A stretch of DNA of 64,000 nt from an uncultured Chitinophagales bacterium (GCA_964492065.1 CAZBHH010000001.1:80819-144818), one strand, 5' to 3'; shown: positions 50,092 to 62,674, numbered from the stretch's first letter. Program-made: numbers and translations. The notes: generated by a model not told the origin, from the letters alone.

Positions 50092-51198
50092 TTACTTACC
50101 TGCCGCTGTAATTACAGATCCTTCGTGCAATTTCTGAACGCCTTCCACGACAATTGTTTCGCCGGGTGCCAAACCTTCCAACACAATGACATGCTCACCC
50201 ACCTGCCTGCCGGGTTTGATTTGCCGCTGGTGCACTACAGAGTTTTCATCCACCACATAGACTGTAAATTCTCCCAGCGACTCGGTCACAGATTTGTAGG
50301 GTATCAATATGTATTGCTGTGCTGTATTATTTTTAATGCGCACTGTCGTATTCATTCCGGCTTTCAGTAACTCCTTTGCATTCGCAAATATCAATCGCAC
50401 CTTAATGGTACCGGTTTGCGGGTCCACTGCCCGGTCGATAAAACTGATATCGCCCGGCTCGGGATAGATTTCCTCGCCAAAGGCAATGGTTATAATAGAA
50501 TCCTCCAACGCATTGCCCGCTTGTTGCAACTGTGCGATGCGGAAGATTTCCTTTTGATCAATTGCAAAATCCACCGCAATCGGGTGATCGGTGGAGACGG
50601 TATTTAAAACAGTCTGTCCGGCTACCACTGCCGTCCCCACCTTGACATGAGAGATGCCGATAGTACCGCTGAACGGCGCATAAATATCCGAGAATTTCAC
50701 CTGGGCATATAAGCTGGCCACTTTTGCTTTTGCGGCATCCACCAACTTCTTTGCCGCCTCCAGATTTGCATTGGCATAATCCACTTGCTGGCCGGCGATG
50801 GCATCTTTGCTTTTCAATTCGTTGTACCTGTCTGCATCTTTCTGCGCTTTCTCCAAATTGGCTTCCTGCACTTGCAGATCTGCCAGCGCCTGTTCGTAAT
50901 TTGCCGTGTACACCTGCGCATCAATGCTGTACAACAATTGTCCTTCGGTAACATTATCGCCGTCGCGGAAATTGATGCGGGTCACATATCCGCTCACCTG
51001 CGCCCGCAGATCTATTTCATTTAATGCCGTGACTATCCCGGGGTATTCATCGTAATATTCCGCGGTTCCGGTATCTACCTTTGCAACGGTTACCGAAACG
51101 GCGTTCGCGGTGTCCGCATTGGGTTTTTCAGCGCTGCCGCAGGCGGATAACACAACAACCGCCGGAAGTATAGCCATTAAAATATATGTATATCTCAT
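50092..51198 (-). CDS. RND efflux periplasmic adaptor (membrane fusion protein) lipoprotein
   Basis: Lipobox VVLSAC, a coiled-coil hairpin (..LQVQEANLEKAQKDADRYNEL..) and barrel-sandwich/beta-barrel segments. Confidence 0.85.
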   Translation of the reverse strand: MRYTYILMAILPAVVVLSACGSAEKPNADTANAVSVTVAKVDTGTAEYYDEYPGIVTALNEIDLRAQVSGYVTRINFRDGDNVTEGQLLYSIDAQVYTANYEQALADLQVQEANLEKAQKDADRYNELKSKDAIAGQQVDYANANLEAAKKLVDAAKAKVASLYAQVKFSDIYAPFSGTIGISHVKVGTAVVAGQTVLNTVSTDHPIAVDFAIDQKEIFRIAQLQQAGNALEDSIITIAFGEEIYPEPGDISFIDRAVDPQTGTIKVRLIFANAKELLKAGMNTTVRIKNNTAQQYILIPYKSVTESLGEFTVYVVDENSVVHQRQIKPGRQVGEHVIVLEGLAPGETIVVEGVQKLHEGSVITAAGK

Positions 51199-51207
51199 GA
51201 TACTCTG

Positions 51208-52557
51208 TTAGTATTTAATAGTTCCCAGCGCCTGTTCCACATCCAGCTTACTGGATAGCACTTCGTACAGCGCATTGTAATAATTGATCTGCGCTGTCCT
51301 CAAGTCTGTCTCCGCTGTGATGACATCGAGAAACGCTTTTACGCCTGAGCGGTATTGCAATTGAATAATATCGTACACCTCCTGCGCCAGTTCCATATTC
51401 TTTTCAAGGCTCGACAAATGATACATATTCGATTTATATGCTGAAAGCGCCGCCTGGTATTGTGTATTCACCGTTTGCTGATACCCGGCAATTTCGTTAT
51501 CTGTCTGCTCCAATAACAATTGCATGCCCTTCAAGGCATGGACTTTTTTTCCACCCTGAAAAATCGGGTAGGTAAGGCCGATGCCGATATTTGAATTCGG
51601 ATATACCGCAGTGTACAATTCGGAGAATTCGTCGCTCAGGTAGTTCATGTTATAACTTCCAAATACGTGAATTTCGGGGAGAAAACTCCACTTTTGATAT
51701 TTCAGATTGGCCTGTTGCAGTCGCTTTTGCGTTTCCAGTAACCGGATCTCAATGCGCTGCGCATAATCGACAGGTTGCAACGTATCCACATACAGGGCAT
51801 TCTTCATCGCTTCCGCATCAAATGCCAGTTGTATTTCCTCCGCTCCCGAATATCCCATCAACTCATTTAAATAAACCCTGGCAGCCTTTAATTTTTCCGA
51901 AATAAATACCTTTTGCGACTGCGCATTGTTGAGTGCTATGGTCGCCCGCATATAATCGGTCTTATCGACTATACCGCTTTGATATTGCGCATATGCATCG
52001 TTCACGCTTTGGGTATTGCGCTTTATATCTTCATCTATGACCTTATCCTGAAGGCCGATGAGGATGATATTGTAAAACGCCTTGCTGACTGCCACGGTTA
52101 TATCGATTTTCAGCGCTATTGTCTGTTGTTCGGCTGACAACCGTGTGTCTTCCGCACTTTTTGATGCGAGTAGTATATCCCTGTTAAACACCGTTTGGGT
52201 GGCACTCAGATTGATACCTGAAGTGTTTTCACTGCCTATGCGAATAATGTTGTCGTTAAAGTCCGTACTTGGCAACTTGAAATTGTGTTGCAGATTATAG
52301 CTCAATCCCACCTGCGGATACCACTCCGCCAATTTACTTTTCAAAGCAGCTTCCACATACGCCTCCTGCAGATTGGCATTTTTTAATGCGGGGTTATGTT
52401 GCAGCGCATATTGAATACACTCCTCCAGGGTAACCGCTTCAGTGAATTGTATCCCCTCCGTATTTTGCGCAAGTAATATCCCATGTAGGGCGACAAATGC
52501 AACCATGTATCCCATTACTTTTCTCAACTCAGCGTATATTTCTCTCCTATCATGCAT
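51208..52557 (-). CDS. TolC-family outer membrane efflux protein
   Basis: About 435-449 aa with two OEP repeats. It is the first gene of the tolC-mfp-rnd operon. The alternative start at 52515 (MGYMVAFVAL..) gives a cleaner signal peptide. Confidence 0.8.
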   Translation of the reverse strand: MHDRREIYAELRKVMGYMVAFVALHGILLAQNTEGIQFTEAVTLEECIQYALQHNPALKNANLQEAYVEAALKSKLAEWYPQVGLSYNLQHNFKLPSTDFNDNIIRIGSENTSGINLSATQTVFNRDILLASKSAEDTRLSAEQQTIALKIDITVAVSKAFYNIILIGLQDKVIDEDIKRNTQSVNDAYAQYQSGIVDKTDYMRATIALNNAQSQKVFISEKLKAARVYLNELMGYSGAEEIQLAFDAEAMKNALYVDTLQPVDYAQRIEIRLLETQKRLQQANLKYQKWSFLPEIHVFGSYNMNYLSDEFSELYTAVYPNSNIGIGLTYPIFQGGKKVHALKGMQLLLEQTDNEIAGYQQTVNTQYQAALSAYKSNMYHLSSLEKNMELAQEVYDIIQLQYRSGVKAFLDVITAETDLRTAQINYYNALYEVLSSKLDVEQALGTIKY

Positions 52558-52899
52558 TTATGATCAATTATAATTTTTCTGATGTTCTCGCACAACACCG
52601 GGAGGTTTACCAGGGGAATCACTGCGGCTAAACCTTTTCAATAAACAGTTGCAATATTACAAAGTTCAGTATCGTACTTCCAATAGCGATCATGCCTTTT
52701 GCCGCATTCACAGGGCATTTTGCGGTTCTGCGCCGTTTGCTTACCCCATGGAGAGCGCCTCCTTCCTCCATCCACCGCAAATGCTGCGTTGTCATTAATT
52801 TTTCCACACGATAGGCTGTCAATTCCCTGAGTTATACCTTTACACCCGGGATACACCAATGCGAGGCGGGATGTTGAAACAACGCCATACTGATTTAAC

Positions 52900-53529
52900 A
52901 TGAGGAAAAATCTATGCATCGCCTTTGAAGGCATCGACGGCAGCGGAAAGAGCACGCAGTTAAAATTGTTGGCGGCAAGCCTTGCCGAGGCAGGACATAA
53001 AGTATATACCACCTTCGAACCTACCGACGGCCCGATCGGCCGGTTAATCCGGGATATTTTCAACCACAAACTGCAAGCAGATCACCGCACTATCGCCGCA
53101 TTGTTTGTCGCCGACCGGCTGGAGCATCTGCTGAACACATCCGACGGCCTCTTAAAAAAAATGGAAGAGGGTTATACCGTCATTACCGACAGGTATTATT
53201 TTTCCTCTTACGCCTATCACAGTGTGCATATGCCGATGGATTGGGTTATTGCAGCCAATGCGCTCAGCGCATCCATACTGCGCCCCGATTTACATATTTT
53301 TTTAGATATCGCACCGGAACTGAGTATGGAACGGCTGAACAACAGCAGAAGCGCCATCGAGTTGTATGAAACACTGGATAACCTGCAGCAGGTGAGGCAA
53401 AAATATTTGGAGGCGTTTGAGCTGTTGCGGGGTACTGAACAAATTTATATCACCGACGGCAGCAGAAATCCCGAAGTTATTGCCGGTGATATCCGCCGCA
53501 AAATCGCATCGCTGACAACAGGCTCCTGA
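52900..53529 (+). CDS. tmk: dTMP (thymidylate) kinase
   Basis: FEGIDGSGKSTQ P-loop and the DRY motif (ITDRYYFSS). Confidence 0.9.
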   Translation: MRKNLCIAFEGIDGSGKSTQLKLLAASLAEAGHKVYTTFEPTDGPIGRLIRDIFNHKLQADHRTIAALFVADRLEHLLNTSDGLLKKMEEGYTVITDRYYFSSYAYHSVHMPMDWVIAANALSASILRPDLHIFLDIAPELSMERLNNSRSAIELYETLDNLQQVRQKYLEAFELLRGTEQIYITDGSRNPEVIAGDIRRKIASLTTGS

Positions 53530-53722
53530 CGACAAGCCTGCACACCGGCACTGTTTACAAACAACCGGCGTATTGCGGGAAACACGGGCCGCCATTACCG
53601 CTGCGTGTAGTCGCCACACGTGTAAAGCCCTTACACAAAGTCCGTTTTTACTTACCTGTTCACATTTCGCACAGCCGGGATTGCAATTGCATTCTTTTCT
53701 ATTTCTATTTTTACAATCAATC

Positions 53723-54463
53723 ATGCGATTTCTACAAGACACGGGCACTTATTTCTTAATGCTGCGCAAAATGGTAATCCGACCGGAGCGCTATCACATG
53801 TATTGGCAGGAAGTGCTCAGGCAAATGACGGATATCGGTTTCGGCTCGTTGATTATTGTACTGTTGTCATCGTTCTTTATCGGTGCGGTTACTGCAGTGC
53901 AATCTGCTTATCAATTGGCCGGAACGGTATTGGTGCCGCCTTACTACCTCGGGCTTATCGTTAGAAATACAACCATACTCGAACTGGCGCCTACATTTAC
54001 CAGCCTGATTCTCGCCGGCAAAGTCGGCTCCAGCATCGCTTCCGAACTCGGCACCATGCGCATCTCCGAACAAATAGACGCATTGGAAATAATGGGTGTC
54101 CCGACTGAAACTTATTTAATACTGCCCCGGGTCATTGCCTCTGTCATCATGATCCCGGCATTGGTGGTGGTTGCCGCTTTCATCGGAATATGCGGCGGAT
54201 TATTAGCCGGCTCATTTACCGGCTATGCGAGCAATAGCGAATTCATCTACGGGCTGCTCGCATTTTTCGACTCGTACGATGTGCTGATGATGATGATTAA
54301 AGCCGTGACTTTCGGATTTATTATTTCCACCATCTCCTGTTTCAAGGGATTTTATATTGTGGGCGGCTCTATTGAAATCGGGAAAGCCAGTACCCAGGCG
54401 GTGGTGTTGAGCTGCATATTTGTGTTATTGGCAGATTATATCCTTGCGGAATTACTGATATGA
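53723..54463 (+). CDS. mlaE: MlaE-family ABC transporter permease
   Basis: The internal ATG gives MRFLQDTGTYFLML.., a 246 aa MlaE/YrbE-like protein with 5-6 TM helices. The upstream extension in the track ORF has no homology-like features. Confidence 0.75.
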   Translation: MRFLQDTGTYFLMLRKMVIRPERYHMYWQEVLRQMTDIGFGSLIIVLLSSFFIGAVTAVQSAYQLAGTVLVPPYYLGLIVRNTTILELAPTFTSLILAGKVGSSIASELGTMRISEQIDALEIMGVPTETYLILPRVIASVIMIPALVVVAAFIGICGGLLAGSFTGYASNSEFIYGLLAFFDSYDVLMMMIKAVTFGFIISTISCFKGFYIVGGSIEIGKASTQAVVLSCIFVLLADYILAELLI

Positions 54464-55224
54464 TTGAAATTCGCGGCATTCAAAAATCCTTCGGGAAACA
54501 ACAGGTATTGAAAAATATCTCGGCAGAATTTTATCCGGGGCAGACCAATTTAATCATCGGCGCTTCCGGCTCGGGAAAGACCGTACTTATTAAATGTATC
54601 GTCGGCCTGCTGCCCGTAGATTCGGGCTCGGTATTGTTCGACGGCATTACGATGGATCCCCTGGGCAAAGGCAATAAAGATCTGCGCCGCCAAATCGGAA
54701 TGCTCTTCCAGGGATCGGCATTATTCGACTCGATGACCGTAGAGGAAAATGTCATGCTCCCATTGAACATGTTCAGTACCGAAACAAAGAAAGAAAAACT
54801 GAAGCGGGTAAATTTCTGCTTAGACAGGGTGAAACTCGCCGGTGTAAACAAAAAATATCCCGGCGAATTAAGTGGCGGCATGAAAAAACGGGTGGGTATC
54901 GCAAGGGCTATCGTATTAAATCCACGCTATTTATTTTGCGATGAACCCAACTCCGGCCTGGATCCCAAAACATCCATCGTCATTGATGCCTTAATCCGCG
55001 AGATTACCAAAGAGTACAATATCATCACCATCATCAATACACACGACATGAACAGCGTAATGGGTATCGGCGAGAAGATATTGTTTCTCTACGAGGGCAA
55101 GAAAGAATGGGAAGGCACCAATAAGGAAATCATGCATGCGCAAAATGAGAATCTCATCAACTTTATATTCGCCAACGACTTTTTAAAGGAAGCGAGAGCG
55201 CTGATGATCGACAGGGGAAAATAA
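54460..55224 (+). CDS. mlaF: ABC transporter ATP-binding protein (MlaF-like)
   Basis: Walker A GASGSGKT, signature LSGGMKKRV, Walker B LFCDEP. The start overlaps the permease stop. Confidence 0.85.
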   Translation: MIEIRGIQKSFGKQQVLKNISAEFYPGQTNLIIGASGSGKTVLIKCIVGLLPVDSGSVLFDGITMDPLGKGNKDLRRQIGMLFQGSALFDSMTVEENVMLPLNMFSTETKKEKLKRVNFCLDRVKLAGVNKKYPGELSGGMKKRVGIARAIVLNPRYLFCDEPNSGLDPKTSIVIDALIREITKEYNIITIINTHDMNSVMGIGEKILFLYEGKKEWEGTNKEIMHAQNENLINFIFANDFLKEARALMIDRGK

Positions 55225-55359
55225 TGCCGCTGCCGCACCTGCACACCCGGCGAAGCAATCCGAATGCCCATGGCTTTGTGCTGTGTCCGGTCTTTCTTCG
55301 ACGCATTGCCTGGCAACCATCTATTAAGTTTTATCTTTGCGCAAAAATCTGACAGATAT

Positions 55360-56226
55360 ATGAGTGTATTAGTAGGCAAATCGTCCAGGGTTATTGTGCA
55401 GGGATTTACCGGCAAGGAGGGCACTTTTCATGCGGAGCAAATGATTGAATACGGCACCAATGTCGTTGCGGGTATTACGCCGGGGAAAGGCGGAAGCCGT
55501 CATTTGGACCGCCCTGTTTTCAATACCGTCTCCGAATCGGTAGAGAAAGAAGGCGCCAACACATCCATCATCTTTGTGCCGCCGGCCTTTGCAGCAGATG
55601 CCATCCTGGAAGCAGCCGAAGCGGGGATCGGGCTTATCGTTGCCATCACCGAAGGCATACCGGTGCAGGACATGATAAAGGTTAAAAATTATCTCAAAGG
55701 AAAAGACTGCCGCCTGATTGGGCCAAATTGCCCGGGGATAATTACACCCGGCGAAGCAAAAGTGGGGATTATGCCGGGATTCATTCACAAACCGGGCACA
55801 ATCGGCATCGTGAGCCGTTCGGGCACGCTCACCTATGAAGCGGTGGACCAGGTGACGAAAACAGGTTTGGGACAAAGCACCTGTATCGGCATCGGCGGCG
55901 ATCCCGTTATCGGCACCACCACTCTGGATGCCATTCAATTATTAATGGCCGACAAGGATACGGAAGGCATTATCCTGATTGGCGAAATCGGAGGCACGAT
56001 GGAGGCGCAGGCCTCTCGCTGGATTAAAGAACACAGCACCAAACCCGTCGTGGGATTTATCGCCGGGCAAACCGCTCCCAAAGGCAGAACAATGGGACAT
56101 GCCGGGGCAATCGTAGGCGGAAAGGACGATACCGCCGCCGCAAAAATTGCCATCATGCGGGAGTGTGGAATTCACGTGGCGGAATCGCCTGCGGTAATCG
56201 GCGAAATGATGCGGCAGGTATTGTAA
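55360..56226 (+). CDS. sucD: succinate--CoA ligase (ADP-forming) alpha subunit
   Basis: From the internal ATG: [33 protein letters not shown], and GHAGAIV carrying the phospho-His. Confidence 0.92.
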   Translation: MSVLVGKSSRVIVQGFTGKEGTFHAEQMIEYGTNVVAGITPGKGGSRHLDRPVFNTVSESVEKEGANTSIIFVPPAFAADAILEAAEAGIGLIVAITEGIPVQDMIKVKNYLKGKDCRLIGPNCPGIITPGEAKVGIMPGFIHKPGTIGIVSRSGTLTYEAVDQVTKTGLGQSTCIGIGGDPVIGTTTLDAIQLLMADKDTEGIILIGEIGGTMEAQASRWIKEHSTKPVVGFIAGQTAPKGRTMGHAGAIVGGKDDTAAAKIAIMRECGIHVAESPAVIGEMMRQVL

Positions 56227-56516
56227 TGATAACAGCGGTTTAATAATACGGTGGTACCCCGCATCGGGTTGTCGTGTTATTTTTTAACCCGGCAGGTATG
56301 TATGCAGTTATTTATTTGCGGCAGCATGTACATACATTCGCCGGCATATTCGGGAAAGGTGAAGAAGTCTTTATGGAATGAACAGCGTATTTAGTATATC
56401 ACGTTATCGGTATTTCAATGTTATGAACTTCGCCCCGGTAAGCGCTATTATATACTCCATAATATATTTTACCACGAAAGGCACAATACAATTTAATCAC
56501 CAAACATATTTGATCA

Positions 56517-57914
56517 ATGATGAATAAAAGAATCGAAAAAGACACACTCGGCACCGTAGAAGTCCCCGCCGATAAATATTGGGGTGCACAAACCCAACGC
56601 AGTATTCAAAACTTTCCGATAGCCACTGATATCAATAAAATGCCGATAGAAATTATCCGTGCATTTGCCTATTTGAAAAAAGCGGCAGCGATGACCAACC
56701 GCGACCTGGGCGTATTGGATGACGCAAAATGCCAACTGATATCCCGTGTATGCGATGAAATCCTGGAAGGCAAACTGGATACAGAATTCCCGCTCGTCGT
56801 TTGGCAAACCGGCAGCGGCACCCAAAGCAATATGAATGCCAATGAAGTGATTGCCTACCGGGCACACGTCATCAACGGCGGCAGCCTGACAGATGAGAAA
56901 AAAAGCCTGCATCCGAATGACGATGTCAATAAATCGCAAAGCAGCAACGACACCTTCCCCACTGCCATGCATATTGCAGCGTATAAAATCCTGGTAGAAA
57001 AAACGATTCCCGGGATACAGCGGCTGCGCAACACCCTGGAAGCTAAATCCAAAGCATTCATGCATGTCGTTAAAATCGGCCGCACCCATTTTATGGATGC
57101 GACACCACTCACCTTGGGACAGGAATTTTCCGGTTATGTGGCACAATTGGATCACGGCATTAAAGCCATCGAGCATTCCCTCGCCCATTTGAGTGAACTC
57201 GCATTAGGAGGTACCGCTGTGGGTACCGGTATCAATACACCGAAGGGATACGATGTGCTGGTGGCGAAACATATAGCACAACTCACCGGGTTGCCCTTCG
57301 TTACCGCACACAATAAATTCGAAGCGTTAGCGGCTCACGATGCAATCGTAGAATCGCACGGCGCACTGAAAACCGTTGCTGTCAGCCTGATGAAAATTGC
57401 CAACGACATCCGCATGCTCTCTTCCGGTCCGAGAAGCGGAATCGGCGAAATTCACATCCCGGACAATGAGCCCGGCTCTTCCATCATGCCCGGCAAGGTG
57501 AATCCTACACAATGTGAGGCATTGACAATGGTAGCCGCACAGGTATTGGGCAACGATGTAGCCATCAACGTGGGAGGCGCAACAGGCCATTTCGAACTCA
57601 ATGTCTTTAAGCCGATGATGATATACAACTTTTTGCACTCCGCTAAATTAATCGGCGAGGCCTGCGATTCATTCAACGAACGATGTGCCGCCGGTATAGA
57701 ACCCATCACCGCCAATATCAAAAAACACGTAGATAATTCGCTGATGCTGGTAACGGCGCTCAATACCAAAATTGGATATTACAAAGCAGCAGAAATTGCG
57801 CAAAAAGCACATAAGGAACATAAAACACTGAAGGAAACAGCTGTTGAGTTGGGTTATCTCACCGCCGCCGAATTCGACGCCTGGGTAAAACCCGAAGACA
57901 TGGTGGGCATATAA
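56517..57914 (+). CDS. fumC: class II fumarate hydratase
   Basis: 465 aa with the [11 protein letters not shown] signature and the [10 protein letters not shown] motif. Confidence 0.95.
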   Translation: MMNKRIEKDTLGTVEVPADKYWGAQTQRSIQNFPIATDINKMPIEIIRAFAYLKKAAAMTNRDLGVLDDAKCQLISRVCDEILEGKLDTEFPLVVWQTGSGTQSNMNANEVIAYRAHVINGGSLTDEKKSLHPNDDVNKSQSSNDTFPTAMHIAAYKILVEKTIPGIQRLRNTLEAKSKAFMHVVKIGRTHFMDATPLTLGQEFSGYVAQLDHGIKAIEHSLAHLSELALGGTAVGTGINTPKGYDVLVAKHIAQLTGLPFVTAHNKFEALAAHDAIVESHGALKTVAVSLMKIANDIRMLSSGPRSGIGEIHIPDNEPGSSIMPGKVNPTQCEALTMVAAQVLGNDVAINVGGATGHFELNVFKPMMIYNFLHSAKLIGEACDSFNERCAAGIEPITANIKKHVDNSLMLVTALNTKIGYYKAAEIAQKAHKEHKTLKETAVELGYLTAAEFDAWVKPEDMVGI

Positions 57915-58096
57915 CCCGACCAGCATTGCCATAAGCGGGAAATAGTATTGAACAACATGCGTATCCCCGCTTCGCAAGGCGTCGCTGGCAATGCCTGATC
58001 TGATTTGAGAATCAGAAACCGTGCGGCGTGCATTTGACGGTGCATGCATGTCCTACTATTAATTTTTTTTTGTAACTTTTAGCTCAAATCACCATT

Positions 58097-58396
58097 ATGG
58101 AAAAACTGATAAATGAACTGATCAACAAAGCGGGATTAACGGAGGAGCAGGCAAATAAAGCGGTTGAGACTGTCAGCGGATTCTTAAAAGACAGAGTGCC
58201 CTCCGGATTCAGGACGCAAATTGACAACCTGTTGAAAGGCGAAAAACTCAGTGACAGCGTCAAGGAGAGCCTGATGGATTCCGCCGTTAATGCAAAAGAA
58301 AAAATTGAAGATGTAATGAAAGATGTCGGCGATGTAACTGAAGATGCCATTCAAAACATTAAAAAGAAAATGGGCGATATGTTTCATAAAAAATAA
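58097..58396 (+). CDS. hypothetical small acidic/lysine-rich helical protein
   Basis: 99 aa with no signal peptide or TM helix, in clean intergenic spacing. Confidence 0.45.
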   Translation: MEKLINELINKAGLTEEQANKAVETVSGFLKDRVPSGFRTQIDNLLKGEKLSDSVKESLMDSAVNAKEKIEDVMKDVGDVTEDAIQNIKKKMGDMFHKK

Positions 58397-58404
58397 TCTC
58401 CCCC

Positions 58405-59139
58405 ATGTGTTACGACATCCAACAGATGGGAGATAAAATCATCCGCCGTGCCGAAAGACAACTCGGAATTGCGCATTTTGATCTCGGCCAGATGGAGTTT
58501 CGATTTTTTCACGTATCTGGATTTGCACATCCCTTGGTATTGGTCATCACCTCTGAAAATCCCGATACGCTGGTACCCATGCAATGGGGCCTGGTGCCGC
58601 CTTGGGTAAAAACACAAGCCGACGCCGTGCCGATACGCAAACAAACACTGAATGCTCGCAGCGACGGCGTGTTTACCAAACCCTCATTCCGGCAACTGAT
58701 CTTAAAGCGCCGTTGTATAATTCCCGTTAACGGATTTTATGAAAACAGGGATGTAGCCGGTAAAAAGTATCCTTACTTCATCTATAAAACAGAAGAAGAG
58801 CCGCTGCTGCTCGGCGGTATATGGAACCGATGGACAGATACCGAAAGCGGTGAAATACTGGAGACTTTTTCGATTATTACTACCGAAGCAAATTCATTGC
58901 TTAGCAAAATCCACAACAGCAAGTTGCGCATGCCGCTCGTACTTGCTCCCGGGGATAAAGACCGGTGGCTGGACACTTCGCTGTCCCGCGAAGCTGTGGA
59001 ACAACTCATGCGCCCATACAGCGGCGACGATTTGAAGGCGCATACCGTCTCCAAACTGGTAAACCGCAAACGGGAATTTACGAACACTCCTGAAGTTTCT
59101 CAACCCTTTGTATATCCGGAGTTGGTTTCGGTGGATTGA
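58405..59139 (+). CDS. SOS-response-associated peptidase (SRAP/YedK family, abasic-site processing)
   Basis: Begins with MC (catalytic Cys2). Has ..WGLVPPW.., ..NARS.. and ..RCIIPVNGFYE.. motifs. Confidence 0.85.
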   Translation: MCYDIQQMGDKIIRRAERQLGIAHFDLGQMEFRFFHVSGFAHPLVLVITSENPDTLVPMQWGLVPPWVKTQADAVPIRKQTLNARSDGVFTKPSFRQLILKRRCIIPVNGFYENRDVAGKKYPYFIYKTEEEPLLLGGIWNRWTDTESGEILETFSIITTEANSLLSKIHNSKLRMPLVLAPGDKDRWLDTSLSREAVEQLMRPYSGDDLKAHTVSKLVNRKREFTNTPEVSQPFVYPELVSVD

Positions 59140-59261
59140 TTCGCAACCGCTTGTTTTCATGCTATGCACTGTGCGGGGAAGAAAACCCATTCGGATACCG
59201 ACCGAAATACCAACAATGCGCTTACCAAAAAGAAGGTATTAAACCTTATCTTTACGCTTTA

Positions 59262-60359
59262 ATGGAAAATATCGAAAAAGTACCCGCCGTACTGCTACTC
59301 GAAGACGGGACTTTATACAAAGGATACAGCGCCGGCAAAATAGGCACCACCACAGGCGAAATTTGTTTCAATACCGGGATGACCGGTTACCAGGAAATTT
59401 TCACAGATCCCTCCTATTACGGTCAAATACTGTTGATGACCAATGCACATATCGGGAATTACGGCGCCTATGATCCTGAAACGGAAAGTGATTTTATAAA
59501 AATTGCCGGTTTGGTCGTGCGCAATTATACCGTGCAGTACAGCCGACGCATGACCGAACAATCCATCCAGGATTACCTGCTCGACGAAAACCTCGTCGGC
59601 ATTTCGTCAGTGGATACCCGGGCCATTGTGCGGCACATACGGGATAAGGGCGCCATGAATGCCATCATCAGCAGTGAAACCACGGATGTAAATACACTGC
59701 AACAACAATTGGCCAATGTGCCATCAATGGCAGGCCTGGAACTCGCCTCCAAGGTGTCAACCACTAAACCCTATTTTTTTGGCAACCCGGATGCGGACAA
59801 AAAGGTTATCGTCTATGATTACGGCGTGAAGAAAAGTATTTTAAAAAACATCGCCGACCGCGGATGTTACTTAAAAGTAGTGCCCGCAAAAACACCGTTT
59901 GCCGAAGCAGAAGCCTGGAACCCGGACGCCTATTTTATTTCCAACGGCCCCGGCGACCCCGCCGCAATGGATTACGGCGTAGATACCGTCAGGCAAATCC
60001 TGCTCTGTGGGAAGCCAATGTTCGGCATTTGCCTCGGCCATCAGCTTCTCGGCCTGGCCAACGGCATTTCCACCTACAAGATGCACAATGGACATCGCGG
60101 CGCCAATCACCCGGTGTTAAACATCCTAACGGGTAAGGCCGAAATCACCACCCAGAATCACGGCTTTGGCGTTTCGCCCGACGATATAAAAAAATGCAGC
60201 AATACCGAGATAACACATATCAATCTGAACGATGAAACGATAGAGGGCTTTCGGCTGACCGACAGAAAGGCTTTCAGCGTGCAATATCATCCCGAGGCGA
60301 CACCCGGCCCGCACGATGCCCGGTACCTGTTCGATGCATTCATGGCGATGATGCATTAA
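59262..60359 (+). CDS. carA: carbamoyl-phosphate synthase small (glutaminase) subunit
   Basis: The internal ATG gives MENIEKVPAVLLLEDGTLYKG. GEICFNTGMTGYQE, catalytic GICLGHQL, and HP at ..VQYHPEA. Confidence 0.92.
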   Translation: MENIEKVPAVLLLEDGTLYKGYSAGKIGTTTGEICFNTGMTGYQEIFTDPSYYGQILLMTNAHIGNYGAYDPETESDFIKIAGLVVRNYTVQYSRRMTEQSIQDYLLDENLVGISSVDTRAIVRHIRDKGAMNAIISSETTDVNTLQQQLANVPSMAGLELASKVSTTKPYFFGNPDADKKVIVYDYGVKKSILKNIADRGCYLKVVPAKTPFAEAEAWNPDAYFISNGPGDPAAMDYGVDTVRQILLCGKPMFGICLGHQLLGLANGISTYKMHNGHRGANHPVLNILTGKAEITTQNHGFGVSPDDIKKCSNTEITHINLNDETIEGFRLTDRKAFSVQYHPEATPGPHDARYLFDAFMAMMH

Positions 60360-60898
60360 ATACCGTTTCAAACTCTTAATACGCCGGAGAATTATATATA
60401 CCAACGCAAAGAAGTGTACGGCGTGCAATAGCGCAGCAATAATTGCCCAACGATAACGACTTCTGTATCCATTTTAATCCTTAATATTCCGAAAATTTTA
60501 ATGAACCCGGAACGCCACAGCAACCGGCCGGTTGAAATCAGCGCACTGATATACTTCACGTAAAACAGTGAAATTCAATTTGAGGTTGATACCTCGACAT
60601 CAGTTAATTTCTATAAGCAAATGATTTACGAAGTAAAAGGCAACATTAACTCTCATTTATTTAAGTTTCCATGACGCAGTCTGTCGGTGGGTTACAAATC
60701 AATTGTCTTTTACGGCAACGTAATCCACAATATTAAATACAGTTTTTTGACGGACGGGTTGCAAGACATCCGGTTTAAAACGCAATTTTGCGGGATTGCC
60801 CTAGTGAAGAAATCTGCAGGCTTTTACTGCGATGACCGGCTTTGCAGGCCCGGGAAACCCTTAGCGGCTCGCCATTCAACTCCTCTAACCGCCGGCGC

Positions 60899-60929
60899 TT
60901 TAATAAGCCCTTTCAAATGTATAACTTTG
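60899..60929 (+). promoter_or_regulatory. candidate Bacteroidota-type promoter for eno (TTTA-N19-TAACTTTG)
   Basis: TAACTTTG (60922-60929) matches TAnnTTTG about 52 nt upstream of the eno ATG. The upstream element is TTTA rather than TTTG. Confidence 0.35.
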
Positions 60930-60944
60930 CGCTGCGTTTCATAA

Positions 60945-62264
<1,320 letters not shown>

Positions 62265-62326
62265 TCCGACTGTCCAATTTCCGGTACTCTGCACAATGTT
62301 AGGGCTTTTGCGGCCGTTACATTTGC

Positions 62327-62674
62327 ATGCAGGCAACTATTTTTAATACCGTGAAATTCAATGGGTCAAAACTGCGCAACCGCATTCGCACCTGGAAGGT
62401 GCCCGCCGTGTTTCGCAATAAATTTGTGTTTACCGGCTTTGTGTTTGTCATTTGGATGGCCTTCTTCGACCAGAATAATTTACTCGTGCAAACAGAGCGG
62501 TTACGGGCATTGCATGAAGCGGAAAGCAAGGCGGAATACTACCTCGAAGAAACAGAAATTGCCCGCAAACAACTCAACGAATTGCTCACCAATGAGCAAA
62601 CGCTCGAAAAATTTGCACGTGAGAAGTACTACATGAAGAAACCCAATGAAGATGTATTTGTCATTATGAAATAA
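62327..62674 (+). CDS. septum formation initiator family protein (FtsB/DivIC-like)
   Basis: 115 aa with one TM helix followed by a coiled coil and ..EKFAREKYYMKKPNEDVFVI, directly downstream of eno as in many bacteria. Confidence 0.7.
   Translation: MQATIFNTVKFNGSKLRNRIRTWKVPAVFRNKFVFTGFVFVIWMAFFDQNNLLVQTERLRALHEAESKAEYYLEETEIARKQLNELLTNEQTLEKFAREKYYMKKPNEDVFVIMK

Noticed and set aside
52628-52822. 64-aa minus-strand ORF upstream of tolC with a hydrophobic C-terminus. I considered whether it could be a missing efflux regulator or a small membrane protein.
   Set aside because: It has no HTH or any motif and no obvious ribosome-binding or promoter context. It lies in a divergent promoter region between tolC and tmk. 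It cannot be supported from the sequence alone.
56291-56336. Imperfect inverted repeat GTATGTATGC...GCATGTACATAC, plus a short CCCG-cat-CGGG hairpin (about 56257-56268), downstream of sucD. I considered it as a possible terminator or sRNA.
   Set aside because: The arms need a 2-nt bulge, the stems are AT-rich or very short, and there is no properly placed U-run. This is too weak to call.
56514-57188. 224-aa minus-strand ORF antisense to fumC. Similar long antisense ORFs occur at 61662-62336 (opposite eno), 55369-55938 (opposite sucD), 27856-28380 (opposite actA), 19233-19739 (opposite coxII), 40100-40540 (opposite the chelatase-like gene) and 53302-53748 (opposite tmk).
   Set aside because: Each lies opposite a gene with unmistakable family signatures. 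Their translations are low-complexity, Cys/Arg/His-rich and motif-free. They are typical shadow ORFs.
60687-60944. 85-codon GTG-initiated ORF inside the long carA-eno spacer.
   Set aside because: It has a non-ATG start and a Cys/Arg-rich, motif-free translation, and it ends inside the putative eno promoter. It is treated as non-coding pending evidence.
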